Positions 37,020 to 46,811 of a stretch of DNA of 64,000 nucleotides are shown here, piece by piece. The notes beneath the pieces are model-generated. The model did no database searches and had not been told where the DNA came from. It saw only the letters and a list, made by a program, of their open reading frames with translations. Origin of the DNA: Abditibacterium sp. (GTDB lineage: Bacteria; Armatimonadota; Abditibacteriia; Abditibacteriales; Abditibacteriaceae); the NCBI GenBank assembly GCA_965199495.1, contig CBDASK010000003.1, positions 704,001 through 768,000 on the forward strand, written 5' to 3'. The first letter of the stretch is position 1. Every line of letters starts with the position of its first letter. The translations under genes were made by a program, and so were the position numbers.

Positions 37020-37940
37020 TCAAAACAGCCAAAAGCGCGCAGCGTAAATCGTCGCCGAAACCGTGAGCGTCGAAACCAGAGTCGAATAGAAAACGGCGGC
37101 GGCGGCGAATTCGGGTTCGTTGTCGAATTGCAGCGCCAATAGCGCCGAATTGACCGCCGTGGGAAAACTGGTCGAAACCATCAGCGATTGGGCCAGCAGA
37201 CCTTTGATGCCCAGTGCCCACACCAAAACAAATCCGAGAATTGGCGCGGCGACCAATCGTAAAGTTAAAGACAAAGCCAAATCGCGCCCGAATGGGGGCG
37301 CTTTTAATCCGGCCATTTGCGCGCCCAACGTCACAACAGCCACGGGCACCAGAGCGGCGGACAAAAAGTGCAGCGCCGTGTTGATTGGCGGCAAGGGCGC
37401 CAATCCGAAATAGCGCATCAGGCCCGCCAGCGCCAACATATAAATCATCGGCAACTTGAAAATTTCGCCGAGCGTATCGCGTCTTCTCGCGCCGCGCCCG
37501 CCCGCCATGATAAACACGCCGACGGTGAAAGTCGAGATATTTTGCAACATCACCATCGCGGCCTGCACTTGCAGCGGCAACGCGGCGCCGCTAAACGCGA
37601 GTTGCGCGACGGGAATGCCATAATTGCCCGAATTATAAAAAATCACCGACGCTGTCAAAGCGCGTTTCATGCGCTCGCCCATTCCAAACGCATGGGCCAA
37701 ACCCCACGCGATGAGTGCCATCAACGGGAAAAATAGCGCGAAGTGCAAAGCGATCCAGCCCAGTTCGGCGGGCGTCAATTTCGATTCGTAGATGTTGACG
37801 AACAAGAACGCGGGCACGAAAATATAAAAGTTGAGCCGCGTTAAAGTCGGCAAATCGAGGCCCGCGCGTTTTTGAATGAGGTAGCCCAACCCAATCATCG
37901 CAAATATCGGCGCGATAACCTCCCAAATAATCGAAAGCAC
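37020..37940 (-). CDS. AEC (auxin efflux carrier) family transporter
   Basis: YIFVPAF, NSGNYGIP, PTAVN, STLVS. Confidence 0.85.
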   Translation of the reverse strand: MLSIIWEVIAPIFAMIGLGYLIQKRAGLDLPTLTRLNFYIFVPAFLFVNIYESKLTPAELGWIALHFALFFPLMALIAWGLAHAFGMGERMKRALTASVIFYNSGNYGIPVAQLAFSGAALPLQVQAAMVMLQNISTFTVGVFIMAGGRGARRRDTLGEIFKLPMIYMLALAGLMRYFGLAPLPPINTALHFLSAALVPVAVVTLGAQMAGLKAPPFGRDLALSLTLRLVAAPILGFVLVWALGIKGLLAQSLMVSTSFPTAVNSALLALQFDNEPEFAAAAVFYSTLVSTLTVSATIYAARFWLF

Positions 37941-38002
37941 GAGGCCACATTATATCAGGCGCGGGCGCGCGCGGAGAACGATAAACTCTCGCGGCACTCG
38001 CA

Positions 38003-39400
38003 ATGAAAGTTACTCAAGTCGCCCTGCGCCCGACGCAAGCCTCCAACGAGGCCAACCGCCCCGCCCTCACGCCCGAACTGTTAGCAGCCACCGGCGCTCG
38101 ATACAGTCGTTCCAACGATGGATTGGAAGCGATTTTGGCCAAAATTGACCCAGAAAATCCCGATAAATCTATTGACACTATCTTTCGTTTCATAGATTAC
38201 GGTCATCAAAGTGTGGCGGACATGGTTCCAGTCGCGCTTTTTATGGACGGCGTTTCGATGTGGCTGGCCTATCACATCTGGAGCCTGTGCCCGACGGCGG
38301 GTGGCCAAGAATCTTCGACGCGTTACATTCAACTCGCGCCGGAAAACTTGCCTGATGCGGAAGAAATCGGCGTGCCCGAATCGCAGCGCGAGAGTTGGCG
38401 CGAAAGCATGGAAAGCGCGTTACGCGATTATCAAAGCGCGCTCGATTTCTGGCACGATGTCGCCGAAAAAGACCCATCGGTGATGCGCATTCCTTCGGCG
38501 TTGCTGGGCGACGACAGCGAAAAAGCGACCAAAGCCGTGGCGCGCATGAAGCGCAATTACGCGTTTGATCGAGCGCGTTATTTTCTGCCCGCCGCGCTCA
38601 AAACCAACGTGATGATGATTCAATCGGCGCGCGCGTGGGTCGCATTGTGCCAGCAATTATTCTCGCACGCGTTGCCCGAAGCGCAGAAACTGGCCGAGTT
38701 AATTCGCGATGAATTGGAACTCGTCGCGCCGCGCATGATCAAGCACGCCGCTCTCAGTCCGTCGTTTGCACGTGGCATCGAAGTCGAGTGGAAACAACTC
38801 ATCAACGTCGCGTGGATGACGCTGCAAAGTTCGCCCGCGCCTGAATTTGATGTGGCTTCGATTCGTTCCAACCCGCGTTTGGAAGTCTGGGGCGCGCCCG
38901 ATGATAAGGGTCAGATTTTCGCCGAAGATTTGCAGCAACACGACACGCGTTACGGCTTTATCGGCGAGGAACTGCGGCGCACGCCCGTCCGTTTCGGCTG
39001 GGGCCAAATCGCGTTCGGCGATATTCGCGATTTGAATCGCCATCGCACCGGCACCAAAGTTTGCTTATTGATGCCGTGGGGATTTTACGGCGCGACCGAC
39101 CAAACCGACGACGCGAACTATGCCTCCGTGGCTGCACGCGGCGCGCAGTTGTCGGGGCGTTGTATGGAGCAGTTGCGCGCGGGTGCGGCCAGCTTTGTTT
39201 ATTGGATGAATCTCGGCACGCAGTTCGATTTCGAGCATACGACAACCGCCGATAAATTCATCTACGAAGCCGAACTGCGCACCGGCGTCGGCGCGCACTA
39301 TCGTTACGCCGCGCATCTGCGCGAGGTTTTGGCGCTGTGGTATGAACAATTTCCGGCCACGCGCGGCGTAATTTTGGAAGGCTCGGCGGAACCGGAGTAA
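38003..39400 (+). CDS. Tandem-domain flavin-dependent thymidylate synthase-like protein (ThyX/Thy1)
   Basis: ARYSRS, YGHQSVAD, QESSTRY, FDRARYFLP and RDLNRHR motifs. Confidence 0.7.
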   Translation: MKVTQVALRPTQASNEANRPALTPELLAATGARYSRSNDGLEAILAKIDPENPDKSIDTIFRFIDYGHQSVADMVPVALFMDGVSMWLAYHIWSLCPTAGGQESSTRYIQLAPENLPDAEEIGVPESQRESWRESMESALRDYQSALDFWHDVAEKDPSVMRIPSALLGDDSEKATKAVARMKRNYAFDRARYFLPAALKTNVMMIQSARAWVALCQQLFSHALPEAQKLAELIRDELELVAPRMIKHAALSPSFARGIEVEWKQLINVAWMTLQSSPAPEFDVASIRSNPRLEVWGAPDDKGQIFAEDLQQHDTRYGFIGEELRRTPVRFGWGQIAFGDIRDLNRHRTGTKVCLLMPWGFYGATDQTDDANYASVAARGAQLSGRCMEQLRAGAASFVYWMNLGTQFDFEHTTTADKFIYEAELRTGVGAHYRYAAHLREVLALWYEQFPATRGVILEGSAEPE

Positions 39401-39403
39401 CTT

Positions 39404-39490
39404 GTAGAGACACCGACTTGTCGTGTCTAAAACGCCGAACTTGCTTAATGTAAATAATACGTTTTAGACACGACAAGTCGGTGTCTCTAC
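39404..39490. repeat. REPIN-like hairpin between converging genes
   Basis: Same arms as 31919-32012; overlaps the stop codon at 39487-39489. Confidence 0.88.
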
Positions 39491-41121
39491 GAAGATTTCA
39501 ACGCCGCCGGGATAAATTCGGCGTCGCTCGCCTCGCCAATCGCGAGGGCGATTTGGGCGCCCAAAACTTCGGGCGCAATTGGCGGACGATAATCTTTCAG
39601 GCTCGCTTTAAGCGCGGCCAACGGCTCCAAGTTTTCGACTTTGTGCGCGCGATAGACCTTGACCGACAATGCCTCCGCCGCGCCCGGCGTGAGCAAACCG
39701 GGCAAATCGGCCTTGACCGATTTGAACGCCGATTGCGGCAAATCCATGCCTCGCCGTTTCATCAAATTGCGCAGCAATTCCCACGCTTCTTCCGGCGTCG
39801 TCGCCGGAAATAGCGGAATTTTCACGTCGATGCGGCCCGGACGTTTCAAGTCCACTTCGATTAAATCGGGCCGCGATGTCGCCAAAATCCAGATGATTTT
39901 TCCTCTGTTGCTGCTACGGCTCATCTCCTGCGCGAACATTCCATAAACGCGCCCGCTCAAACCTGAATCGTTGCTGCCCGAATCGCGGCGGCCCAGCGCC
40001 TGATCGGCTTCGTCAATGAAAACGTAGCAACGGCCCAGCGCGCCGATGAGACGAAAGATTTTCTCTAAATTGCCTTCGGTCGAGCCGACGAATTTATCGC
40101 GAAAATTTTTAATTTTCACGACTGGCACGCCCGCCTCGCCCGCCAAACACTCGACCAAATAGGTTTTGCCGGTTCCCACTGGCCCGCAAAACAGATAGCC
40201 CATCGGCAGCGCCGCCGTTTCGCCGCTTTTCCACAATGCCAAATCGCCGCGCAACCATTTTTTCACCGCGTCGGCCCCGGCGTAATCTTCCAAAGTGCGC
40301 GTGGATTCGATGAACTCGATCAAGCCGCCCGCATCGTTTTCGATGAGCTGCTTTTTAAGCGAAACCAAATCCGCAGGTTCGAGCGGGGCTTTAGAATATT
40401 CGCGCGTCTTGAGCAAATTCTCGATGCTTGATAGCGTTGCGCCCGCCAGTTGCGCGGCGAAACCGATGAGATCGCCCGCAAAATTTTTCAGTGCGACGGG
40501 ATATTTGGGCGCCAGCGTGTGCAGCGCACTTTCCATTTCGGCGGGCGAGGGAAGCGGCACTTTGAACGTCGTCGCGCGCGGGTTGGTCGCGACAAGCGCG
40601 TTCAAATCGTTGAGGTTTTCGGCGACCAAAATCGAAGCGAACGGACTGCCAATTAAGAGCGAATCCAAACTCCACTCGCGCAGCAATAACGCGAGCGCGC
40701 CGGTGGCTGGGTCAATCGCCTGACCTTGCGGCGCCACGAATTGCGCCGCGCGGATCACAACAGCCACGCGCGGCGCCAACTGTCCCATTCGCGCCAAATT
40801 GGCGGCGAATCGTCCGTAATGTCCCAGTGCTTCGAGCGCCGGACGCGGCTCGCGCGGTAAAGTCGGATTGGCCTTAAACGCGGGCCACTGCGCGAAGATT
40901 TCGCGACCCTTTTCGATGCGAATGCCGTTGCCCAAATCGTAGGACAAAACCACATCGAAGCGGCCCAAAAGGGCGGACAAAAGAAATTCGGAAAGCGAAC
41001 CCAACGCGTTCGATTCGGGCAACACGAAGCGGTCTTCGACGTTGCCGTGCAAAATAAATTGGTTGCCTGCGCCGCTCTCATAACTCGCCATCAGCTCGCT
41101 GGCCCATTGGGGAAGATTCAT
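39487..41121 (-). CDS. AAA+ ATPase with a degenerate N-terminal module
   Basis: GPVGTGKT, VFIDEAD, ATSRPD...LKRPGRID. Confidence 0.85.
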   Translation of the reverse strand: MNLPQWASELMASYESGAGNQFILHGNVEDRFVLPESNALGSLSEFLLSALLGRFDVVLSYDLGNGIRIEKGREIFAQWPAFKANPTLPREPRPALEALGHYGRFAANLARMGQLAPRVAVVIRAAQFVAPQGQAIDPATGALALLLREWSLDSLLIGSPFASILVAENLNDLNALVATNPRATTFKVPLPSPAEMESALHTLAPKYPVALKNFAGDLIGFAAQLAGATLSSIENLLKTREYSKAPLEPADLVSLKKQLIENDAGGLIEFIESTRTLEDYAGADAVKKWLRGDLALWKSGETAALPMGYLFCGPVGTGKTYLVECLAGEAGVPVVKIKNFRDKFVGSTEGNLEKIFRLIGALGRCYVFIDEADQALGRRDSGSNDSGLSGRVYGMFAQEMSRSSNRGKIIWILATSRPDLIEVDLKRPGRIDVKIPLFPATTPEEAWELLRNLMKRRGMDLPQSAFKSVKADLPGLLTPGAAEALSVKVYRAHKVENLEPLAALKASLKDYRPPIAPEVLGAQIALAIGEASDAEFIPAALKSS

Positions 41122-41240
41122 CGCGATTTAGTTTGGCGGATTGGGCTTATGGTCGTGCGAAACAAGAGCAACTGTAATGTTATTCAACAGTTCGCAATTG
41201 TCTTCAGTTGTCGCGCGCGAAGTAAGATAAAATTTCTCCT

Positions 41241-41939
41241 GTGAACGAACTGATTCAAGCGCACGCGCTCGAACGCCATTATCGCGTCGGCGCGCACGAA
41301 GTGAACGCATTGGATGGCGCGAGTTTCGAGGTCGCGCGCGGCGAGTTCGTCGCCATCGTTGGGCCGTCGGGTTCGGGCAAATCCACGTTGCTGGCGCTGT
41401 TGGGCGGCTTAGACCGGCCAACAGCGGGCACAATTGCGGTTGGCGATTTGGAATTGGGGAAGGCCCGCGACGCCGATTTAGTCAAATATCGGCGCGAGCG
41501 CATCGGATTTATTTTTCAAAGTTTTAATCTGCTGCCGACGCGTAGCGCCATCGAAAACGTTGAGATTCCACTTGTGCTGAACGGTATCGCGCCGCGCAAA
41601 CGGCGCGAGCGGGCGTTGGAATTATTGACGCTCGTCGGATTGGCCGAGCGCGCGGGGCACCGGCCCAACCAGTTATCGGGCGGCGAAATGCAGCGCGTGG
41701 CGGTGGCGCGCGCGCTGGCCAATCAGCCACTGTTGATTTTGGCCGACGAACCGACGGGCAATTTGGACACGAAAACTGGCGCTTCGATTTTGGCTTTGCT
41801 GCGCGAAACCGTCGCGGCGCGCGGCGTGACGCTGATTATCGTGACGCACGACCTCGACGTGGCTGCTCATGCCGACAGGGTGATTCACATGCGCGACGGG
41901 CGCGTCGAGAAGATTGAGGCGGGCGCAATACCGAATTAA
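41241..41939 (+). CDS. ABC transporter ATP-binding protein (LolD/MacB-like)
   Basis: GPSGSGKST, LSGGEMQR, ADEPTGNLD. Confidence 0.92.
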   Translation: MNELIQAHALERHYRVGAHEVNALDGASFEVARGEFVAIVGPSGSGKSTLLALLGGLDRPTAGTIAVGDLELGKARDADLVKYRRERIGFIFQSFNLLPTRSAIENVEIPLVLNGIAPRKRRERALELLTLVGLAERAGHRPNQLSGGEMQRVAVARALANQPLLILADEPTGNLDTKTGASILALLRETVAARGVTLIIVTHDLDVAAHADRVIHMRDGRVEKIEAGAIPN

Positions 41940-41940
41940 T

Positions 41941-42151
41941 TTTCCCGCCGATTCGCTGTTCTTCGCGCTGGCGTGTCATTTCGAGTGAGGCACGAACCGA
42001 GAAATCTTGCGCCCGCGCGGCAGCGCAAGTTTGAATAATATTCACGTTCGGCTCTTGCATCATCTCCGCTGGCGCGGGGCCGCAAGATTTCTCGGTTCGT
42101 GCCTCACTCGAAATGACACGCCAGCGCGAAGAACAGCGAATCGACGGGAAA
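41941..42151. repeat. Long palindrome with TGTCATTTCGAG-type REP arms
   Basis: 63-bp perfect inverted arms at 41949-42011 and 42081-42143. Confidence 0.88.
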
Positions 42152-42172
42152 CTAAAATCCAACAAAAACACA

Positions 42173-43477
42173 ATGACAATTCGCGATAAAACGGCGATGG
42201 CGTGGTCGAATCTGGGCCGCCGCAAAGTCCGCACATTCCTCACTTCAGTCGGCGTTATCGTCGGCATTCTCACCGTTGTCACGATGGTTTCGCTCGTCAA
42301 CGGCGTGCAAATTCAGGTCAAGTCGCAGTTCGAGAAAATCGGCTTAGATCGCGTCGTGATAAAACCGGGTTCTGAGGGCGGCGGCAGCTTTCCCGGCTTC
42401 AACGGGCGCGGCGGTGGCGAAGGTGAGTTCGATCCGTTTGGTCTCAGCGTGCGCACCAAACTCATCACGCCCGCCGACGTGAAGCGTTGGCAGAGTTGGC
42501 CCGGCGTGCAAAGCGTCACGCCCGACGTGGATTTGCCGCGCGACATCGGTGCCGGTTTGACGATGGGGGGGGCGAAAAAGACGATTCCGGTTCGGCTGGG
42601 CAGCGAAAGCGGCCCGCGCCGCAATCCGTTTCAGGAAGCGCCCGAACCGTTGGCGGGCCAACTCGATTTGCCCGCGACAAGCAGCGCCATTGTCGTAAGT
42701 CGGGGCGTTTTGAAATCGCTCAACATTAAAGACAAACCGGCGAATTTAATCGGCAAAGCCGCGACAATTACTCTCGCCACACCGCGCGGCGAGCGCAAGA
42801 AATATGACCTGAAAATCGCGGGCGTCTCCGATGAAGGCGGGCGCGCCGTGCAAGTCGCGACGGGCGCGTGCATCGCGATGAAAGAGTGGTGGTTCAACGA
42901 GCCGAATCTGCTCAAGACCGATGGCTACGACAGCGTGACACTGCGCGCGACTGACGTTTCGGTCGCGCGTGGCTTAGTCGAACGGGCGCGCAAAGAAAAA
43001 TTCGAGGTGCAATCCATTGACGCGATTCTCAAAGTCGCCGACCGCATCTTTTCGGTGATTACCGTGATGCTTTCGCTCGTCGGCGGCATCGCGTTGTTCG
43101 TGGCGTGCGTTGGCATCACCAACACGATGATTATGGCGATTTACGAGCGCACGCGCGAAATCGGCACGCTCAAGGCGATGGGCGCCAGCAAATCCGATAT
43201 TCGCCAAATGTTCATGATCGAAGCCGGACTGATCGGATTATTCGGTGGCGCTGTTGGCGTGGTGTTGAGCTTTTTGCTGGGCCGTGGTTTGAATCGCGCG
43301 GCGATTTGGTATGCCGAGCAACGTTCGTTGCCCGTGCCCGATCATCTGTTCGTGATTACTCCGATGTTGGCGATGGAGGCGTTGGGCTTCGCGTTTCTCA
43401 TCGGTATGTTGGCCGGACTTTACCCGGCCAGTCGCGCGGCAAAGTTAGACCCGCTTTCGGCGCTACGGCAGGAGTAA
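42173..43477 (+). CDS. ABC transporter permease (MacB/FtsX family)
   Basis: RRKVRTFLT, GITNTMIMAIYERTREIGTLKAMGA, YPASRAAKLDP. Confidence 0.9.
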   Translation: MTIRDKTAMAWSNLGRRKVRTFLTSVGVIVGILTVVTMVSLVNGVQIQVKSQFEKIGLDRVVIKPGSEGGGSFPGFNGRGGGEGEFDPFGLSVRTKLITPADVKRWQSWPGVQSVTPDVDLPRDIGAGLTMGGAKKTIPVRLGSESGPRRNPFQEAPEPLAGQLDLPATSSAIVVSRGVLKSLNIKDKPANLIGKAATITLATPRGERKKYDLKIAGVSDEGGRAVQVATGACIAMKEWWFNEPNLLKTDGYDSVTLRATDVSVARGLVERARKEKFEVQSIDAILKVADRIFSVITVMLSLVGGIALFVACVGITNTMIMAIYERTREIGTLKAMGASKSDIRQMFMIEAGLIGLFGGAVGVVLSFLLGRGLNRAAIWYAEQRSLPVPDHLFVITPMLAMEALGFAFLIGMLAGLYPASRAAKLDPLSALRQE

Positions 43478-43502
43478 TTTGAGAAAATAAGGCATCAAGT
43501 TA

Positions 43503-43683
43503 ACCCTTTCCAGCGACTGTTGCCCTTTGATTATCTCATGCGCGGATGTAGGGGCGGGGTTTTCCCGCCCGAAATTTTAGGCATCTTCACTGTTTGTTGT
43601 CGCCATTTCGTTTCTGGGCGGGGAGACCCCGCCCCTACATCCGCGCATGAGATAATCAAAGGGCAACAGCCGATGGAAAGGGT
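43503..43683. repeat. REPIN-like hairpin (GTAGGGGCGGGG arms) with inverted locus-specific flanks
   Basis: Core GTAGGGGCGGGGTTTTCCCGCCC shared with 58093; 31-bp perfect outer arms. Confidence 0.88.
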
Positions 43684-43761
43684 GGCGTCAAACACGATTG
43701 GACAAACAGAAAAGCCCGCTTTTACCTTTCGGCGAAAGCGGACTTTTCTTTCATCCAATTC

Positions 43762-45585
43762 TTATTTCTGCGGCACGCGGCGCGCGCCGTAATATTTGTT
43801 GGCGAAGTATTTAGTCGAGAGCGAATCGGTGCGCACGCCCTGACGCGTCGAGGCGGCGTGAACGAAATTGTTGTTGCCAATGTAAACGCCGATGTGCGAA
43901 ATGCCGTGCTTGTAGGTATTGGCAAACAATAGCAAGTCGCCGACTTTGAGGTCTTGGCGCGCGACGGCAGTTCCGTAGTTGCGATAACCGGCGGCGGTGC
44001 GTGGCGGGTTATAGCCGCGTTTGCGCAAGAGGTAATAAACCAGACCGGAGCAATCGAAACCGCGCGAGGGCGAAGCGGCGCCGAAAATGTAGGGCATACC
44101 GCGATAAGAGAGCGCCTGATTGGCGAAATCTTGATGGAAATCTTTTTTGCCGCCCGCATTGCTTTGAGCGGCGTTGTAACGGTCGCGGGGCGAGCCGCCG
44201 CGAAGAGCCACGGCGGGCTTCTTCTGCGCATTGACGATGGTTTTGGTTTGCAGCGAATCCAGGGCGGGCAGACTGTTCCAGCGACGCAACTCTTCTTCGT
44301 CCAAACCTTCGTCGCCCATTGTGGCTGATTCGGCTTCTTCGGTCACCATCCGAATTTTGGGCGCGGACTGCGCGCTCCAATCGGCGGTCTGGAATTTGGC
44401 ATTGGAAAGGGTTCCGGCGCTCCAACCGCTGGTGTTGAAGGGCGCCCAACCGTTGTTATCGAGCGCGTAATTTTCCTCAGCGCTCGCGTTTTCAAAGCTT
44501 GACGGCGTGACCTGAGCGCCGCCCAGATTTTCGTCGTTCGCCCCGGCATTAATATCGGGCGTGCCCTGCGACTTCTGCTTGCGCGCGTCCAGATAATCGC
44601 GGCGCGCCTTCATCAAATCTTCGGGCGAAACCGGGGAAATCTGGTTAATCGGCGGCGCTGGCGGCGTCGTGACTTTCATCCCCATTTTGTCGCGCAATTT
44701 CTGACGCTTCTGCTGTTTGGCCGACAATCTCGGCGTGTGTTTGACCGGCGCTTTGGCGGTCTGAGTTACGACCTTTTTGGGCGAAGCGGGCGGCAAAACG
44801 CGCACGGGCGCAAGGGTTGGCAATGGGGCAGGAGAACTATTGTAATCAATTGGCGGCGCGACTTGCGTAACGACGGGCGTCTGCACATTGACGCGCTTGG
44901 CCATCGCCGAAGTCATCACGCGCGGCTTGGGATGCGTAGTGTGCGCGACGATTTTGCGGGGCGTGGCTTTATGGGGCGCGGTGGTTTTGGCCTGGACGAC
45001 TCTGGGCTTTTTGTGCGTGGTGATGGGAACGCCCATCTCGATCAAACCCTTGGCGGCGCCTTTGGCACCGTGCTTATGGTAATAAGCCTTGAGTTGTTCG
45101 GGCGTGCCCCACATCGTGATGTCGGCGCTACGGTCGGCGGCGCGCTCGACGGCTTCGGGCGTTAGCTCTTTCACTTTGTCCAGACCTCTGGAATTGAGCA
45201 GTTCGTAGTGAACCCAGCCGAAAATATCATCGTGAGTCTGCACGCGATACCAACCGTCATATTTGCCCCAAACGTAAAGCGGCGTGTGCTTGACAACTTT
45301 GGCCACGATGGGCGTGGAAGCGTTGGGACGCACGCGAATGTAGGTTTGATTGCCGCTCGTCCAAGCCTGCACACCGGTGAGGTTGGCGGGCGCCGCAAGA
45401 GTGGGGACGGCCAATATTGGCACGACACCTGCAATGGGCAGGGCAGCCAAGAAGGGACGAGCCGTCAGCAAACGCACCGTGCGCGAGCGCAACGAAAGGG
45501 AACGGGTCAGGGAACGAGAAGACAGGCGAGAAGAAAGCATACTTCGGTGGACAAACGATTTTCGTCGTTTGTCGGGGTGCGACAA
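43762..45585 (-). CDS. SH3b + NlpC/P60 (C40) peptidoglycan endopeptidase
   Basis: IRVRP...GWYRV...GWV SH3b; PYIFG...GFDCSGL, HIGVYIG, FVHA. Start uncertain. Confidence 0.88.
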   Translation of the reverse strand: MSHPDKRRKSFVHRSMLSSRLSSRSLTRSLSLRSRTVRLLTARPFLAALPIAGVVPILAVPTLAAPANLTGVQAWTSGNQTYIRVRPNASTPIVAKVVKHTPLYVWGKYDGWYRVQTHDDIFGWVHYELLNSRGLDKVKELTPEAVERAADRSADITMWGTPEQLKAYYHKHGAKGAAKGLIEMGVPITTHKKPRVVQAKTTAPHKATPRKIVAHTTHPKPRVMTSAMAKRVNVQTPVVTQVAPPIDYNSSPAPLPTLAPVRVLPPASPKKVVTQTAKAPVKHTPRLSAKQQKRQKLRDKMGMKVTTPPAPPINQISPVSPEDLMKARRDYLDARKQKSQGTPDINAGANDENLGGAQVTPSSFENASAEENYALDNNGWAPFNTSGWSAGTLSNAKFQTADWSAQSAPKIRMVTEEAESATMGDEGLDEEELRRWNSLPALDSLQTKTIVNAQKKPAVALRGGSPRDRYNAAQSNAGGKKDFHQDFANQALSYRGMPYIFGAASPSRGFDCSGLVYYLLRKRGYNPPRTAAGYRNYGTAVARQDLKVGDLLLFANTYKHGISHIGVYIGNNNFVHAASTRQGVRTDSLSTKYFANKYYGARRVPQK

Positions 45586-45979
45586 CTGTTGAACTGCACG
45601 CAGTTCGGTTGAACTCCAAACGGAGCCGAGTTGAGAGACCGTAGCTTTTAAGGTCGTTGCAACTCAATGAATTCTTAATTTAACGACGAGTTGACAACGC
45701 GGGTCAACCTCCAGAAAATGGGGAAAGAACCAAGGTAAAAACTGTGGGTTTGCGTATCTTTCGGATTCAAAGCTACCGTTGTTTTAGCGAAATTCCCCGA
45801 TTTTGTCAACCAAAAAGCCGCGTTATGTAACGCATCGAACGTCGCTAAGCGGCAGCTAACTGGTTATTAAACTAAATGTGACGAAGTAAAATCTATTATC
45901 AAACGGCAAATGATTTTGTCTTTTATCGCCGCGAATTTCAGCGCATCACAACCGTTTTCAACTTGAGATACTCCAGCGA

Positions 45980-46735
45980 ATGATGTCCGCTTTTTTGTCA
46001 TCGACGCAAGTTTGGCAACACGCGCTCAACGCGCTGTTTCCGCCGCGTTGTGGCGGTTGCGGCCAATTTTCGGGGGCGCTGTTTTGCGAACATTGCGCGC
46101 CGCAATTGCATCCAATTCTCGAACCGTGTTGCGAGCGTTGCGGCCAACCGTTCGACGCGCTGGCCTTTGGCGCCGACATCTGCGCGCGATGCCGCGCGCA
46201 TCCGCCCGCTTTCGAGCGCGCCCGCGCGGCGTGGCTGTTCGACGGGCCAGCACGCGATACAATTCACAAATTCAAATATAATCGCCGTTTCGCACTCGCT
46301 TCGCGTTTGGCGCGCGCGATGGAAAGCGCGCCCGCGACGCGCGCGATGCTCCAAGCGTGGCAACCGCATTGTCTGGTGCCGGTCGCGCTGCATAGCTCGC
46401 GCGCGCGGGCGCGCGGCTTTAATCAAAGCGCCTTGCTGGCGCGCGAATTAGGCGCGCTTTTCGACTTGCCCGCGCACGATTTATTGCGCCGCAACCGCCG
46501 AACGCCGCCGCAAGTCGGATTAAACCTGAAAGATCGCCGCCAAAACGTGCGTCAGGCGTTTGAAATCAACCCAAATTTATGGCGCAAATACGATTTGGAC
46601 GGCGCGCGCATTCTGCTGATTGACGACGTTTTCACGACGGGCGCCACGCTCAACGAATGCGCCCGCGTTTTAGTTAAAGCGGGCGCGTCGGCTGTTGGCG
46701 CGTTGACGATTGCTCGGCAGCAAGAAAAAAAATGA
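45980..46735 (+). CDS. comF: ComF family protein (double zinc ribbon + PRTase)
   Basis: FPPRCGGC, CERCG, RGFNQS, LIDDVFTTGAT. Confidence 0.88.
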   Translation: MMSAFLSSTQVWQHALNALFPPRCGGCGQFSGALFCEHCAPQLHPILEPCCERCGQPFDALAFGADICARCRAHPPAFERARAAWLFDGPARDTIHKFKYNRRFALASRLARAMESAPATRAMLQAWQPHCLVPVALHSSRARARGFNQSALLARELGALFDLPAHDLLRRNRRTPPQVGLNLKDRRQNVRQAFEINPNLWRKYDLDGARILLIDDVFTTGATLNECARVLVKAGASAVGALTIARQQEKK

Positions 46736-46811
46736 GCGACTTTCCGCTCGTTCTGCCATTGCGCAAAGCGCGCAACGCCAAGCCGCCACGGCGCGTCGGT
46801 GTTGGTTCGCT

